A stretch of DNA of 54,698 nt from Bacteroidales bacterium UBA1797 (lineage in GTDB: Bacteria; Bacteroidota; Bacteroidia; Bacteroidales; VadinHA17): contig DCFT01000087.1 of the NCBI GenBank assembly GCA_002319885.1, forward strand, positions 781-55,478, read 5' to 3'. A program made the position numbers and the translations under genes. Under the pieces are notes generated by a model that saw nothing but the letters and a program-made list of their open reading frames with translations, had not been told where the DNA came from and did no database searches. Of this stretch, positions 18,216-28,806 are shown piece by piece. Within the stretch, counting starts at the first letter, position 1; every line of letters begins with the position of its first letter.

Positions 18216-21200
18216 ATGTTCAACCGACTTATAAAATATTTTCTTGAAAACAGATTTGTGACGATAATATTGTTACTGGTTTTCATTGGTTGGGGAACCA
18301 TTTCCGCACCATTTAACTGGAATATCAGTTTTTTGCCACGCAATCCTGTTCCGGTTGATGCTATCCCGGATATCGGTGATAACCAGCAAATTATTGCCAC
18401 TGAATGGATGGGGAGATCCCCTCGTGATATTGAGGACCAGATTACGTATCCGCTATCTTCAGCGTTAGAAGGTATTCCTGGTGTGAAAACAATACGCAGC
18501 ACATCGATGTTCGGTATGTCGTTTATCTATATCATTTTTAAAGATAATGTTGAATTCTACTGGAGCCGTTCCCGTATACTTGAGAAGCTGAACTCACTTC
18601 CATCGGGGACCTTGCCCCAGGGAGTACAGCCAAGTCTGGGACCCGATGCCACTGCCCTGGGTCAGGTATTCTGGTATACCCTGGAAGGTCGCGATCCTAA
18701 AACCGGGAAGCCGGCCGGCGGATGGGATCCTCAGGAATTAAGGACAATTCAGGATTATTATGTAAAATATTCCCTGGCATCAGCAGAAGGTGTTTCAGAA
18801 GTAGCATCCATCGGTGGTTATGTCAAAGAATACCAGGTAGATATTGATCCCGACGCTATGAAATTTCATGGTGTATCGGTTATGGATATAATGAATGCAG
18901 TGAAAAACAGCAACCTTGACATAGGTGCCGAAACTGTAGAATTAAATAAGGTCGAGTATGTTGTACGGGGATTGGGATATATAAAAAATCTTGATGACCT
19001 GCGAAATGCTGTTGTATCTGTCAGAAACAATGTTCCCGTAAAGATAAGTGATGTTGCAAAGGTAAGTTTCGGACCTGCAACGCGCAGGGGAGGATTGGAT
19101 AAAAGCGGAGCTGAAGCTGCCGGGGCAGTGGTTGTTGCACGCTATGGATCAAATCCACTTGAAGTTATTAATAATGTAAAAGATAAAATAAATGAACTCG
19201 CTCCGGGGTTGCCAAGTAAAACGCTGGCCGACGGAACAATCTCAAAAGTAACTATAGTCCCTTTTTATGATCGTACAGGTCTAATCCAGGAAACCATTGG
19301 CACTCTTGAATCGGCACTAAGCCACGAAGTACTTATCAGTATTATTGTTATAATCATTTTGATGTTTAACCTGAGAGCTTCTGTTATAATTTCCGGATTG
19401 CTTCCGGTAGCAGTGCTGATGACATTCATTGTTATGAAGCTTACAGGTGTGGAGGCCAATATAGTAGCATTATCAGGGATTGCAATTGCCATCGGGGTAA
19501 TGGTGGATGTGGGTATCATTTTCACTGAGAATATATTCAGGCATCTTGAAATGCCAGAAAACAATGGTGTCAAAGGGATTGCCCTGCGCTCTGTAATATA
19601 TAATGCGACTATTGAAGTATCATCAGCAGTGATTACAGCTCTATCAACGACTGTAGTCAGCTTTCTTCCTGTTTTTGCAATGCAGGCCGCGGAAGGGAAA
19701 CTATTCAGGCCACTCGCGTTTACCAAAACATTTGCGCTTCTTTCTTCTTTTATTCTTGGAATACTTGTGCTTCCAATGATGGCAGACATTGTGTTTTCCA
19801 TCAATTTTGATAAACGCCGTGTAAGCAGGATCTGGAATTCTTCTCTCATAATTGCCGGTTTGTTTTTTGTAATATTCTGGGGAACCTGGCCGGCGCTGGC
19901 TTTGGTATTAATCGGGATAAACAACCTGATGGAGCATAAATGGCCTGAGCATAGAAAAAAGCTTCCGAATCTGATCAATATAGCGATCACGGTTTTTGTA
20001 GCTGTTTATTACCTGGCATTTGAGTGGCTGCCATTGGGTGCCCATAATTCTTATCTGGTCAACTTCCTGTTTGTTGTTGGTATTGTGGGCTTAGTAATTT
20101 CTTTACTAATGCTGATGGTGCATTTTTATGAACCCGTATTACGCTGGTGTCTTGTAAATAAATGGAAATTTCTTATGATTCCGTTAATTACATTTTTACT
20201 GGGTATTACTATCTGGTTGGGTTATAACAGATTATTCGGAGTAGTTGCAAAAGGATTCGATATTACAGGGCTGAATATCAGGAAAACTTCCCTATGGCAG
20301 AAAGCTTCAAAAACTTTTCCGGGAGTCGGAAAAGAATTTATGCCATCTCTTGACGAAGCTTCCTTCCTTTTAATGCCTACCAGCATGCCCAATGCGGGAG
20401 TAGAACAAGATATCGATTATATAAAAATGCTCGACAAGCGACTGGAATCAATTCCAGAAGTGGAAGTTGCGGTGGGTAAATGGGGAAGAGTTAATTCAGC
20501 TCTCGATCCTGCGCCTGTTCAGATGTTCGAGAATACTATCAATTACAAACCTGAATATATTCTCGATGTGAATGGCCGTCGTGTGAGATTTAAAACTGAC
20601 AGGGATGGCAATTTTCTGCTATCGGACAGCACAAAATTTAATCCACAGAAAGACAATCTTAAGCATTTGAATACAAACCTTCTGATTCCTTATAAATATG
20701 GCGATTATTTTCGTCAATGGCGTCCTCAGATTAAAAAACCGGATGATATCTGGAATGAGATTGTAAAAGTGACAAATTTGCCAGGACTTACTTCTGCACC
20801 AAAGCTGCAGCCAATTCAAACGAGGCTTGTCATGCTTTCAACAGGTATGAGAGCGCCAATGGGTTTAAAAATATATGGTCCCGACCTTGAGACTATTGAG
20901 AATACAGGACTTGAATTTGAAAAAATTCTGAAGGAAGCTCCATCACTGGTCCCCTCTTCTGTTTTCTATGATCGTTCTGTAGGAGCACCGTATATTGAAA
21001 TCAAATTGAACCGGGAAGCTATCGCCAGGTACGGGCTGTCAATAAACGAGATACAGGATGTATTGCAAAGTGCTGTAGGAGGTATGGTACTTACAACTAC
21101 TGTAGAAGGTCGTGAACGGTTTCCTGTAAGAGTAAGATATCCGCGTGAATTACGAACCACTCCGGACGACATGAAGAAAATACTTGTTCCTACAATGACA

Positions 21201-22046
21201 GGCACTCAGGTACCATTGGGAGAACTGGCAGATTTGCAATATACAAGAGGACCCCAAATGATAAGGAGCGAAAATACCTTTCTCACAGGATACGTAATTT
21301 TCGATAAGCAACCTGGAGTAGCAGAAGTTGATGCGGTTGAAAAAACCGATGCATTTATAAAATCTAAAATTGAATCAGGCGAGCTTAAATTACCGGCCGG
21401 AGTGTCATATAAGTTTGCCGGAAACTACGAACAAGAGGTCAGAGCAACTAAAAGGTTGTCAATTGTTATGCCAATCAGTCTTGTCCTTGTATTCATGCTG
21501 CTTTTCTTTCAGTTCAAAACATTTACAGCTTCATCTATTCATTTTTCAGGCGTTTTTGTAGCCTTTGCCGGAGGTTTCATAATGATCTGGCTTTATGGAC
21601 AGCCATGGTTTATGAATTTCTCACTTGCAGGGATAAATATGAGGGATCTGTTCCAGATGCACACGATTAATTTAAGCGTGGCAGTATGGGTCGGGTTTAT
21701 TGCCCTGTTTGGTATCTCCACTAACGATGGGGTAATTATGGGAACCTATATTCACCAGGTATTCGAAGAACTGAAACCTGCTAATGTTCACGATGTTCGT
21801 GAAGCAGTGGTTATGGCGGGTAAAAAAAGAGTAAGACCTGCTATGATGACTGCAGCTGTAGCTATTATCGCTCTGTTACCTGTTCTGACATCAACTGGAA
21901 AAGGTGCCGATATTATGGTACCAATGGCTATCCCAACATTCGGCGGGATGATTATTCAGATCATGACGATGTTTGTGGTACCTGTACTTCAGAGTATCTG
22001 GAGGGAAAATGAAGTAAAAAAACATCACTCACTCATTAAGGCTTAA
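18216..22046 (+). CDS. cusA: CusA/CzcA-family heavy-metal RND efflux pump
   Basis: PVDAIPDI, IEDQITYPL, LGPDATALGQV, SGIAIAIGVMVD, EFMPSLDE, MLSTGMRAPMG and KRVRPAMMT. Confidence 0.93.
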   Translation: MFNRLIKYFLENRFVTIILLLVFIGWGTISAPFNWNISFLPRNPVPVDAIPDIGDNQQIIATEWMGRSPRDIEDQITYPLSSALEGIPGVKTIRSTSMFGMSFIYIIFKDNVEFYWSRSRILEKLNSLPSGTLPQGVQPSLGPDATALGQVFWYTLEGRDPKTGKPAGGWDPQELRTIQDYYVKYSLASAEGVSEVASIGGYVKEYQVDIDPDAMKFHGVSVMDIMNAVKNSNLDIGAETVELNKVEYVVRGLGYIKNLDDLRNAVVSVRNNVPVKISDVAKVSFGPATRRGGLDKSGAEAAGAVVVARYGSNPLEVINNVKDKINELAPGLPSKTLADGTISKVTIVPFYDRTGLIQETIGTLESALSHEVLISIIVIIILMFNLRASVIISGLLPVAVLMTFIVMKLTGVEANIVALSGIAIAIGVMVDVGIIFTENIFRHLEMPENNGVKGIALRSVIYNATIEVSSAVITALSTTVVSFLPVFAMQAAEGKLFRPLAFTKTFALLSSFILGILVLPMMADIVFSINFDKRRVSRIWNSSLIIAGLFFVIFWGTWPALALVLIGINNLMEHKWPEHRKKLPNLINIAITVFVAVYYLAFEWLPLGAHNSYLVNFLFVVGIVGLVISLLMLMVHFYEPVLRWCLVNKWKFLMIPLITFLLGITIWLGYNRLFGVVAKGFDITGLNIRKTSLWQKASKTFPGVGKEFMPSLDEASFLLMPTSMPNAGVEQDIDYIKMLDKRLESIPEVEVAVGKWGRVNSALDPAPVQMFENTINYKPEYILDVNGRRVRFKTDRDGNFLLSDSTKFNPQKDNLKHLNTNLLIPYKYGDYFRQWRPQIKKPDDIWNEIVKVTNLPGLTSAPKLQPIQTRLVMLSTGMRAPMGLKIYGPDLETIENTGLEFEKILKEAPSLVPSSVFYDRSVGAPYIEIKLNREAIARYGLSINEIQDVLQSAVGGMVLTTTVEGRERFPVRVRYPRELRTTPDDMKKILVPTMTGTQVPLGELADLQYTRGPQMIRSENTFLTGYVIFDKQPGVAEVDAVEKTDAFIKSKIESGELKLPAGVSYKFAGNYEQEVRATKRLSIVMPISLVLVFMLLFFQFKTFTASSIHFSGVFVAFAGGFIMIWLYGQPWFMNFSLAGINMRDLFQMHTINLSVAVWVGFIALFGISTNDGVIMGTYIHQVFEELKPANVHDVREAVVMAGKKRVRPAMMTAAVAIIALLPVLTSTGKGADIMVPMAIPTFGGMIIQIMTMFVVPVLQSIWRENEVKKHHSLIKA

Positions 22047-22086
22047 GCGAATGATATGTATATATGAAATAATATATTATCTCCTC

Positions 22087-22254
22087 GGGAATATTAAAAA
22101 AGTCCTTTGTGAACCTTAGTGATATCCTTAGTGTCCCTTTGTGGTAAGACAAAAAAATTGAACCACAAAGGATCACAAAGTATCCCGATTGCTATCGGGA
22201 CACAAAGTAACACAAAGGAGAAATATGATAATTAATATCTTTTTCAACAGCCCC
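22087..22254. mobile_element. MITE-like element, copy B (inverted relative to A and C), carrying an inserted 18-bp palindrome
   Basis: Aligns full length with the reverse complement of 30538-30691 (17-nt identity TTGTGAACCTTAGTGAT). Ends in TTTTTCAACAGCCCC. Extra TCCCGATTGCTATCGGGA at 22183-22200. Confidence 0.65.
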
Positions 22255-22308
22255 GTTGGCGGACAAAACGGAAGACACTAAAAAAATGATTGAATAATTT
22301 TTTGCATA

Positions 22309-23658
22309 ATGAGACAATATACTAAATACATTATTATAATAATATTAATAGTAATAAGCCACATAACAGCTTATGCCCAGGATTCTTTATCTTATTACCT
22401 CGAACTGGCAGCAAAGAATAATCCGGGAGTAAAAGCAAAATACCTTGAATATTCTGCTGCTCTGGAAAAACTCCCCCAGGTTTCTTCACTACCCGATCCG
22501 TCAGTGCAATTCGGATATTTTATAAAACCAATGGATCTGATGGGTGGAAATCAGGTGGCAGATGTACGTATAATGCAGATGTTTCCATGGTTCGGGGTAC
22601 TAAAGGCCGCAAAAGATGAAGCTTCAAAAATGGCAATCTCAAAATTTGAAAGTTTCAGGGATGTAAAAAACGAACTCTATTTTAATGTAAAAGCTTCTTA
22701 TTATACTGTGTACCGTACTGAAAAAGAGATAAGTATAGCAAATGAAAACCTCAACATTTTACAATCACTTGAACAGATTGCATTGGTAAGATTAAGTACA
22801 ACCAGTTCAGCTTCTCCTTCCGGAAATACAGGTCCGGTTTCAACAACTGCATCCAAACCGGGTATGGCATCCGCAGGCGGTGGAATGGGAAGTTCCATGG
22901 GTGGAAACGATAAAAATGAAATGGTTAATCTTTTGCGTATAAAGATTGAAATACATGAACTTGAAAACAGGATCGCTCTTTTAAACGACCAGCTGATTAC
23001 CGATAAGGTAAGTTTTAACAGATTTCTTGATCGCTCACCGAAAAGTGAAGTATTTACTGCTGATTCCCTAATGGAAGTAACAATCCCCTCTGATATTATC
23101 ACATTGGGCGACAGCCTCATAAATCATCCAATGGTAAAAATGTATGAGGCTGAAGCAGATGCCGACGCAGCAAAGGTATCAATGGTTAAGCGAATGGGTT
23201 ATCCAACGATAGGTCTGGGTCTGGATTATATGGTGATTCAAAAACGAGAAGGCAACATCTCGGCAATGAATGGGAAAGATATGACAATGCCTATGGTCTC
23301 TCTTACACTTCCTGTTTTTAGAAAAAAATACAAATCCATGCGTCATGAAGCTGAATTGCTAAGAGATGCCGCTTCTATGTCAGCATCTAATGTGAAGAAT
23401 GACCTTACTGTTAATTTTCAGGAAACATTACAAAAATTAAACGATGCCAGCCGACGAATTCTGTTGTACAAAGACCAGGCAATGCTTGCCGATAAAAGTC
23501 TGCAATTGCTGATTACATCATTTTCAGTCAGCGGAGCCGACTTTGAAGAGGTACTACGAATGGAGCAACAGTTACTCGATTACCAGTTCAAAAAAGTTGA
23601 AGCTGTGGTTGATAAAAATACTTCAATAGCCAGATTAATTTATCTGACAGGGAATTAA
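22309..23658 (+). CDS. TolC-family outer-membrane efflux protein
   Basis: Signal peptide, A..NNP, SLPDP, QMFPWFG and SLTLPVF; lies between the RND pump and the adaptor. Confidence 0.88.
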   Translation: MRQYTKYIIIIILIVISHITAYAQDSLSYYLELAAKNNPGVKAKYLEYSAALEKLPQVSSLPDPSVQFGYFIKPMDLMGGNQVADVRIMQMFPWFGVLKAAKDEASKMAISKFESFRDVKNELYFNVKASYYTVYRTEKEISIANENLNILQSLEQIALVRLSTTSSASPSGNTGPVSTTASKPGMASAGGGMGSSMGGNDKNEMVNLLRIKIEIHELENRIALLNDQLITDKVSFNRFLDRSPKSEVFTADSLMEVTIPSDIITLGDSLINHPMVKMYEAEADADAAKVSMVKRMGYPTIGLGLDYMVIQKREGNISAMNGKDMTMPMVSLTLPVFRKKYKSMRHEAELLRDAASMSASNVKNDLTVNFQETLQKLNDASRRILLYKDQAMLADKSLQLLITSFSVSGADFEEVLRMEQQLLDYQFKKVEAVVDKNTSIARLIYLTGN

Positions 23659-23690
23659 TAATAATATTTTACACAATTAAATGTTCCGTA

Positions 23691-25064
23691 ATGAAAATCA
23701 AAAAAATTATTTCAAATAAATATCTCAGCGGTGGATTTCTGGTACTCGCAGGATTATTGCTTGGGGGGATTATTTTTCACCATTCACCAAAAGAAATATC
23801 CAGACAGGAAACATCGGTAAAAGAAACAAAAAAAACTATCTGGACATGTGCCATGCATCCTCAGATACGCTTGGATCATCCGGGGAAATGTCCAATCTGC
23901 GGAATGGACCTGATTCCTCTCGACCAGTATATTTCCGAGGTGAATCCCGATGCTATAGTTATGACCGAAGAAGGCATAAAGCTTGCCGAGGTACAAACAA
24001 GTATAGTATCTAGGCAAAAACCGGTAAAAAAGATTCAATTGTATGGAAAGATACAGGCTGATGAACGTCTTGTTGAAACCGAGCCTGCCCATTTCCCCGG
24101 AAGAATTGAAAAGCTTATGGTGAATTTTACAGGTGAAGAAGTCCGGCGAGGACAAGTCATTGCAGAGATCTATTCCCCCGAATTGGTCACAGCCCAGAAA
24201 GAACTTCTGGAAGCTCTTAAAATGAAAGAGATGCAGCCCAGACTGCTTGATGCAGCCAGGGAAAAATTACGTCTGTGGAAACTTACCGAAAATCAGATTA
24301 CAGATATTGAGAACAGTGGTCGGACAAAAACGGTGTTTGATGTATATGCCTCAGTTTCCGGGACTGTAATAAATAAAAATATAAACGTAGGTGATTATGT
24401 ATCCCAGGGTACACCTTTATATGAAATTGCCGATCTGTCGCACGTATGGGCATTGTTTGATGCTTATGAAAGCGATCTGCCCTGGATAAGAAAAGGAGAC
24501 AGGATCACTTTTACACTCCAGTCGCAACCCGGGAAAGAATTTACAGGTACCGTTTCTTTTATTGATCCTGTAATTAATCCTCAAACGCGTGTGGCAAGCG
24601 TACGGGTTGAAATACCTAATACCGGCAATATACTTAAACCCGATATGTTTGCCACGGGTGTGTTAACTGCACATCTTGCAACTGCGGGTAACAGCCTGGT
24701 AATTCCTCAGACCTCGGTTTTGTGGACAGGAACCAGATCGGTGGTTTATGTAAAATTGCAAGTTGCAAAGGAGCCCAGCTTTGTTATGAGGCAAATAACT
24801 CTCGGCCCTTCTCTGAGCAACAGTTATGTGGTAATCAACGGATTAAAGGAAGGTGAGGAAATTGTTACCAACGGTACCTTCAGTGTAGATGCCTCAGCCC
24901 AACTCGAAGGTAAACCAAGCATGATGAATCCTGAGGGCGGAAAAGTCAATACTATGCCAGGAATGGTTATGCCAGGAAATTCCAGGTCAGTAAATGATAC
25001 AACCATGAAAGAAATGAAAGGAATGGATATGCCGGGCGATAGTAGTATAGTTAAAGACCAATAG
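23691..25064 (+). CDS. cusB: CusB-like RND periplasmic adaptor with heavy-metal-binding domain and Met-rich tail
   Basis: WTCAMHPQI..PGKCPICGMDL, GRIEKL, YSPELVTAQ.E, LKPDMF and GLKEGEEIV. Confidence 0.9.
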   Translation: MKIKKIISNKYLSGGFLVLAGLLLGGIIFHHSPKEISRQETSVKETKKTIWTCAMHPQIRLDHPGKCPICGMDLIPLDQYISEVNPDAIVMTEEGIKLAEVQTSIVSRQKPVKKIQLYGKIQADERLVETEPAHFPGRIEKLMVNFTGEEVRRGQVIAEIYSPELVTAQKELLEALKMKEMQPRLLDAAREKLRLWKLTENQITDIENSGRTKTVFDVYASVSGTVINKNINVGDYVSQGTPLYEIADLSHVWALFDAYESDLPWIRKGDRITFTLQSQPGKEFTGTVSFIDPVINPQTRVASVRVEIPNTGNILKPDMFATGVLTAHLATAGNSLVIPQTSVLWTGTRSVVYVKLQVAKEPSFVMRQITLGPSLSNSYVVINGLKEGEEIVTNGTFSVDASAQLEGKPSMMNPEGGKVNTMPGMVMPGNSRSVNDTTMKEMKGMDMPGDSSIVKDQ

Positions 25065-25274
25065 ATTTGTCAGATAAAGTAAACAATTTAAGACTAAAGG
25101 TGTAGAATAATTAAATGACCCGGAGGACATATAACATGACGAAAATTATTAAGCCGTTTTTGGATTATGAAAAATCCGGAGAACAAATTCTGGCTTACCT
25201 GATTACTGGTACAAGGGATCATTTACCTTTATCATAAAATTTTAATCAGTGAACCAATTTTAATACCCCCAAAC

Positions 25275-25664
25275 ATGAAGTACTATTTTGAAAAAACATT
25301 GAAAACAGATTTTGAAACATCTGTTGCTCAAACAAAAGAAGCACTAAAATCTGAAGGTTTTGGAGTGCTGTCAGAAATTGATATTCACGAAAAGCTAAAG
25401 GAAAAGCTCGGTGTCGATTTCCGGAGATATAAAATCCTGGGAGCGTGTAATCCGTCTTATGCTTATAAAGCCCTTCAGAAGGAGGATAAAATAGGTGTTA
25501 TGTTGCCTTGCAATGTGATTATTCAGGAAAAATCTGATGGAACGATTGAGGTAGCTGCTGTCGATCCGGTTGCTTCCATGTCGGCAATTAAAAACCCCGG
25601 ACTAATAGATATAGCCATTGATATTCAGAAAAAATTGAAAAATGTGATCGGTAAACTTGAGTAA
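25275..25664 (+). CDS. DUF302-family protein
   Basis: GFGVLSEID, YKILGACNP, IGVMLPCNV and AVDP motifs. Confidence 0.88.
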   Translation: MKYYFEKTLKTDFETSVAQTKEALKSEGFGVLSEIDIHEKLKEKLGVDFRRYKILGACNPSYAYKALQKEDKIGVMLPCNVIIQEKSDGTIEVAAVDPVASMSAIKNPGLIDIAIDIQKKLKNVIGKLE

Positions 25665-25692
25665 GCATTATTCTGTTTTTAAGTAAGAAACA

Positions 25693-28146
25693 ATGAAAAA
25701 TGATGAAATATCAGAACAACCGGATGTGAAGATTAAATACTTCTGTCCCATGAAATGTGAAGGTGAGAAAGTATATGATCAGCCAGGTGACTGCCCGGTC
25801 TGTAATATGCACCTCATTCCTGTGAATCATAACAAAAATCACGAAGAACACGATCATCATGGCCACAAGGAACCTGAATCTCCGATGAATGTCCACCAGG
25901 GCAAAGATTCCGGGGATACAAATGATAAGTACTATTGCACAATGTTATGTGAAGGTGATAAGACTTATCCGGAACCCGGTGATTGCCCCGTTTGTGGTAT
26001 GCATTTGAAAAAGCTGGAAGCTGTTCACAAATCAGGTACATTTTATACTTGTCCAATGCATCCCGAGATCAGACAGAATAAACCCGGATCCTGTCCAAAA
26101 TGTGGAATGACTCTGGTCCCTGAAAAAGGTATCGAATCAGGCGAAGAAGAGAAATCTTACAAAATAATGGTGAAAAAATTCCGGATTGCGCTGGTATTAA
26201 GTATTCCGGTATTTATTATTGCCATGTCAGACGTTCTCCCATTTCTCCATCCTGAAAACATATCTTCAAAAAAAGTCTGGAGCTGGATTGAATTTATTTT
26301 AGCAACTCCTGTCATTTTTTACTCGGGCTGGGTTTTCTTTAAGCGTGGCTGGAGTTCAATACGCAGGTGGGCACCTAATATGTGGACATTGATCTCTATC
26401 GGTGTTGGATCAGCATATCTGTTTAGTGTATTTGCTCTGCTGTTTCCTTCTATTTTTCCACAACAGTTTAAAGACATGCAGGGAAATGTTCTTTTATATT
26501 TTGAAGCTTCTGCAGTCATAATTACACTTGTACTAATGGGGCAGGTTTTGGAGCTAAAAGCACATGGCAAAACTAATTCCGCCATTAAAGCTCTGCTGAA
26601 TCTGGTTCCACCGATTGCCAGACTGATCACTGAAGGAAAAGAGGCAGAAATCCCTCTGGAACAGGTTAAAGCTGGTGACTTCCTGCGGGTTAAGCCTGGC
26701 GAAAAGATCCCGGTTGACGGAGTATTGACAGAAGGTAATGCTGTCATTGACGAAAGTATGATCACAGGAGAACCCATGCCGGTAGACAAATCGAAAGATG
26801 ACAAGGTTACAGGAGGAACAATAAACGGGAATACAGTTTTTGAGATGAAGGCTGAAAAAGTGGGAGACGAAACTTTGTTGGCCCAGATCATAGAAAGGGT
26901 GAATGAAGCCAGCAGGTCAAGGGCTCCGATACAAAGGCTGGCAGATATTGTAGCTAAATACTTTGTACAGATCATTGTGGCAATATCACTTTTAACCTTT
27001 GCAGTATGGGCAATATGGGGACCAGAGCCGGCTTACGTCTATGCATTTGTCAATGCAGTATCAGTACTGATCATAGCATGTCCGTGTGCACTGGGTCTGG
27101 CTACTCCTATTTCAATAATGGTTGGAACCGGCCGTGGAGCGCAGATGGGTATCCTGGTAAAAGATGCACGTGCAATTGAAGAAATGAATAAAGTCGATAC
27201 CCTGATTATTGATAAGACAGGCACTATAACTGAAGGAAAACCAAGCCTCAAAGGATATAAATCATTTGGTAAATTAAGCGATGAGGAAGTTTTAATGCTT
27301 GCTGCTTCGATAGATGCCAACAGTGAACATCCTCTTGCTCAAGCAATAGTAAATGGTGCAAAAGAGAAAAAAATCAGTCTGAAAAAATTAGATAATTTCG
27401 AGTCAGTAACAGGTAAAGGAGTACAGGCCTTATACCTGAATAAAAAGATAGGACTTGGAAATCACAGGTTACTGGAAGATTTCATGGTGTTGCCGGACAA
27501 TGAAAAAACCCGACTTGTAAAAGAGTGGCAGCTTGAAGGACAAACTGTAACGTATTTAATATTGGATAAAAATGTGGAAGGAATCATCGGCGTATCCGAC
27601 AAGATTAAGGAAAGCTCTGCCAAAGCCATTCAATCGCTGCAAAAAATGGGTTTGAATGTTATAATGATGACCGGTGATAATGAAAATACCGCCAGAACTG
27701 TAGCCGGAGAGTTACATCTCGATGGTTTTGAAGCTGACTGTCTGCCTGATGATAAATTCAATAAAATAAAGGAATTACAAAAACAGGGTCATATTGTTGC
27801 AATGGCCGGAGACGGAATCAATGATGCACCTGCTCTCACCCAGGCCAATATTGGGATTGCAATGGGAACAGGTACTGATATCGCCATGCAAAGTGCTGAG
27901 ATCACACTTGTCAAAGGCGATCTGAACGGGATTGCCAATGCAAGAAGCTTAAGCAGTGATGTCATGCGGAATATTAAACAAAATTTATTTTTTGCCTTTT
28001 TTTATAATATTCTTGGCGTACCAATAGCCGCAGGAGTCCTTTTTCCTGTGTTTGGAATTTTGCTCAGTCCTATGATTGCAGCTGCAGCAATGAGTTTTAG
28101 TTCAGTTACTGTTATTTCCAATGCTCTGCGCCTGAGAAGAAAATAA
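25693..28146 (+). CDS. copA: Cu(I)-translocating P1B-type ATPase
   Basis: TGEP, CPC in TM6, DKTGT, SEHP, GDGINDAP, YN and MSFSS Cu(I) motifs. Three N-terminal Cys-rich metal-binding modules (YxCPM/CTM..PG.CP.C.M.L) with a His-rich linker. Confidence 0.95.
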   Translation: MKNDEISEQPDVKIKYFCPMKCEGEKVYDQPGDCPVCNMHLIPVNHNKNHEEHDHHGHKEPESPMNVHQGKDSGDTNDKYYCTMLCEGDKTYPEPGDCPVCGMHLKKLEAVHKSGTFYTCPMHPEIRQNKPGSCPKCGMTLVPEKGIESGEEEKSYKIMVKKFRIALVLSIPVFIIAMSDVLPFLHPENISSKKVWSWIEFILATPVIFYSGWVFFKRGWSSIRRWAPNMWTLISIGVGSAYLFSVFALLFPSIFPQQFKDMQGNVLLYFEASAVIITLVLMGQVLELKAHGKTNSAIKALLNLVPPIARLITEGKEAEIPLEQVKAGDFLRVKPGEKIPVDGVLTEGNAVIDESMITGEPMPVDKSKDDKVTGGTINGNTVFEMKAEKVGDETLLAQIIERVNEASRSRAPIQRLADIVAKYFVQIIVAISLLTFAVWAIWGPEPAYVYAFVNAVSVLIIACPCALGLATPISIMVGTGRGAQMGILVKDARAIEEMNKVDTLIIDKTGTITEGKPSLKGYKSFGKLSDEEVLMLAASIDANSEHPLAQAIVNGAKEKKISLKKLDNFESVTGKGVQALYLNKKIGLGNHRLLEDFMVLPDNEKTRLVKEWQLEGQTVTYLILDKNVEGIIGVSDKIKESSAKAIQSLQKMGLNVIMMTGDNENTARTVAGELHLDGFEADCLPDDKFNKIKELQKQGHIVAMAGDGINDAPALTQANIGIAMGTGTDIAMQSAEITLVKGDLNGIANARSLSSDVMRNIKQNLFFAFFYNILGVPIAAGVLFPVFGILLSPMIAAAAMSFSSVTVISNALRLRRK

Positions 28147-28312
28147 TTAAAATGTATACTTTTAATGAGCCAAGTATACAAAATATTCACAGTCCCATAT
28201 CATGTTAAATAAATCATAAATGTCTATATTTGATAAACTTAAGTATCCACAATTTGTTATAAAGATGATATTAATGAATTATAGGTAAAATTTTTAAGCA
28301 AGGAGGTTTATT

Positions 28313-28528
28313 ATGTACGGAGGTCATTGGTGGGGAATGGGATTCAGCTGGTTAACCGGCGTAGTTTTTATAGTACTTATTATTTGGCTTATTATCAGGG
28401 TTGTGAATCAGGATGCTTATCATAGGAACCGAAGCAGTACAGCTATGGACATTTTGAAGGAACGCTATGCCAAAGGTGAAATAAGTAAAGAAGAATTTGA
28501 GGAAAAAAGAAAACTTATTGAACAGTAA
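28313..28528 (+). CDS. Small membrane protein with SHOCT domain
   Basis: One TM helix, then AMDILKERYAKGEISKEEFEE. Candidate -7 element TATATTTG at 28225-28232. Confidence 0.85.
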   Translation: MYGGHWWGMGFSWLTGVVFIVLIIWLIIRVVNQDAYHRNRSSTAMDILKERYAKGEISKEEFEEKRKLIEQ

Positions 28529-28806
28529 TTTTATACTGTCTTGCCTGATATTTCCCTTGCTTTAATGGATTTGAATTTTTCTATTCTGATAGTGACAACC
28601 ATAGTTATCAGAAATCTAATCTAAAATAGTAAATAACTTTTGTAGTAATTATAAATTATAGCAACAGATATTGTTTGAATAAGATCCATAGAAACAGGAC
28701 AGTAAATCAATAGTGCCAGCGAAAAATTTATTTTCTTAACTTCCGGTTTTACAAACAACGGCGGCAAACTACATCTTGTATAGTTATTAATTAATATTAG
28801 TACGGC

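Noticed and set aside
19265-19990. 241-aa minus-strand ORF
   Set aside because: Antisense shadow of the cusA transmembrane region.
25115-25237. 40-codon ORF (MTRRTYNMTKIIKPF...) between cusB and DUF302
   Set aside because: No metal ligands, motif or other support; could be chance or a remnant.
26319-27320. 218-aa and 93-aa minus-strand ORFs
   Set aside because: Antisense shadows of copA.
17044-28528. Copper cluster as an integrative element or transposon
   Set aside because: No integrase, transposase, tRNA target or clear att repeats were seen; only short non-autonomous repeats are present.
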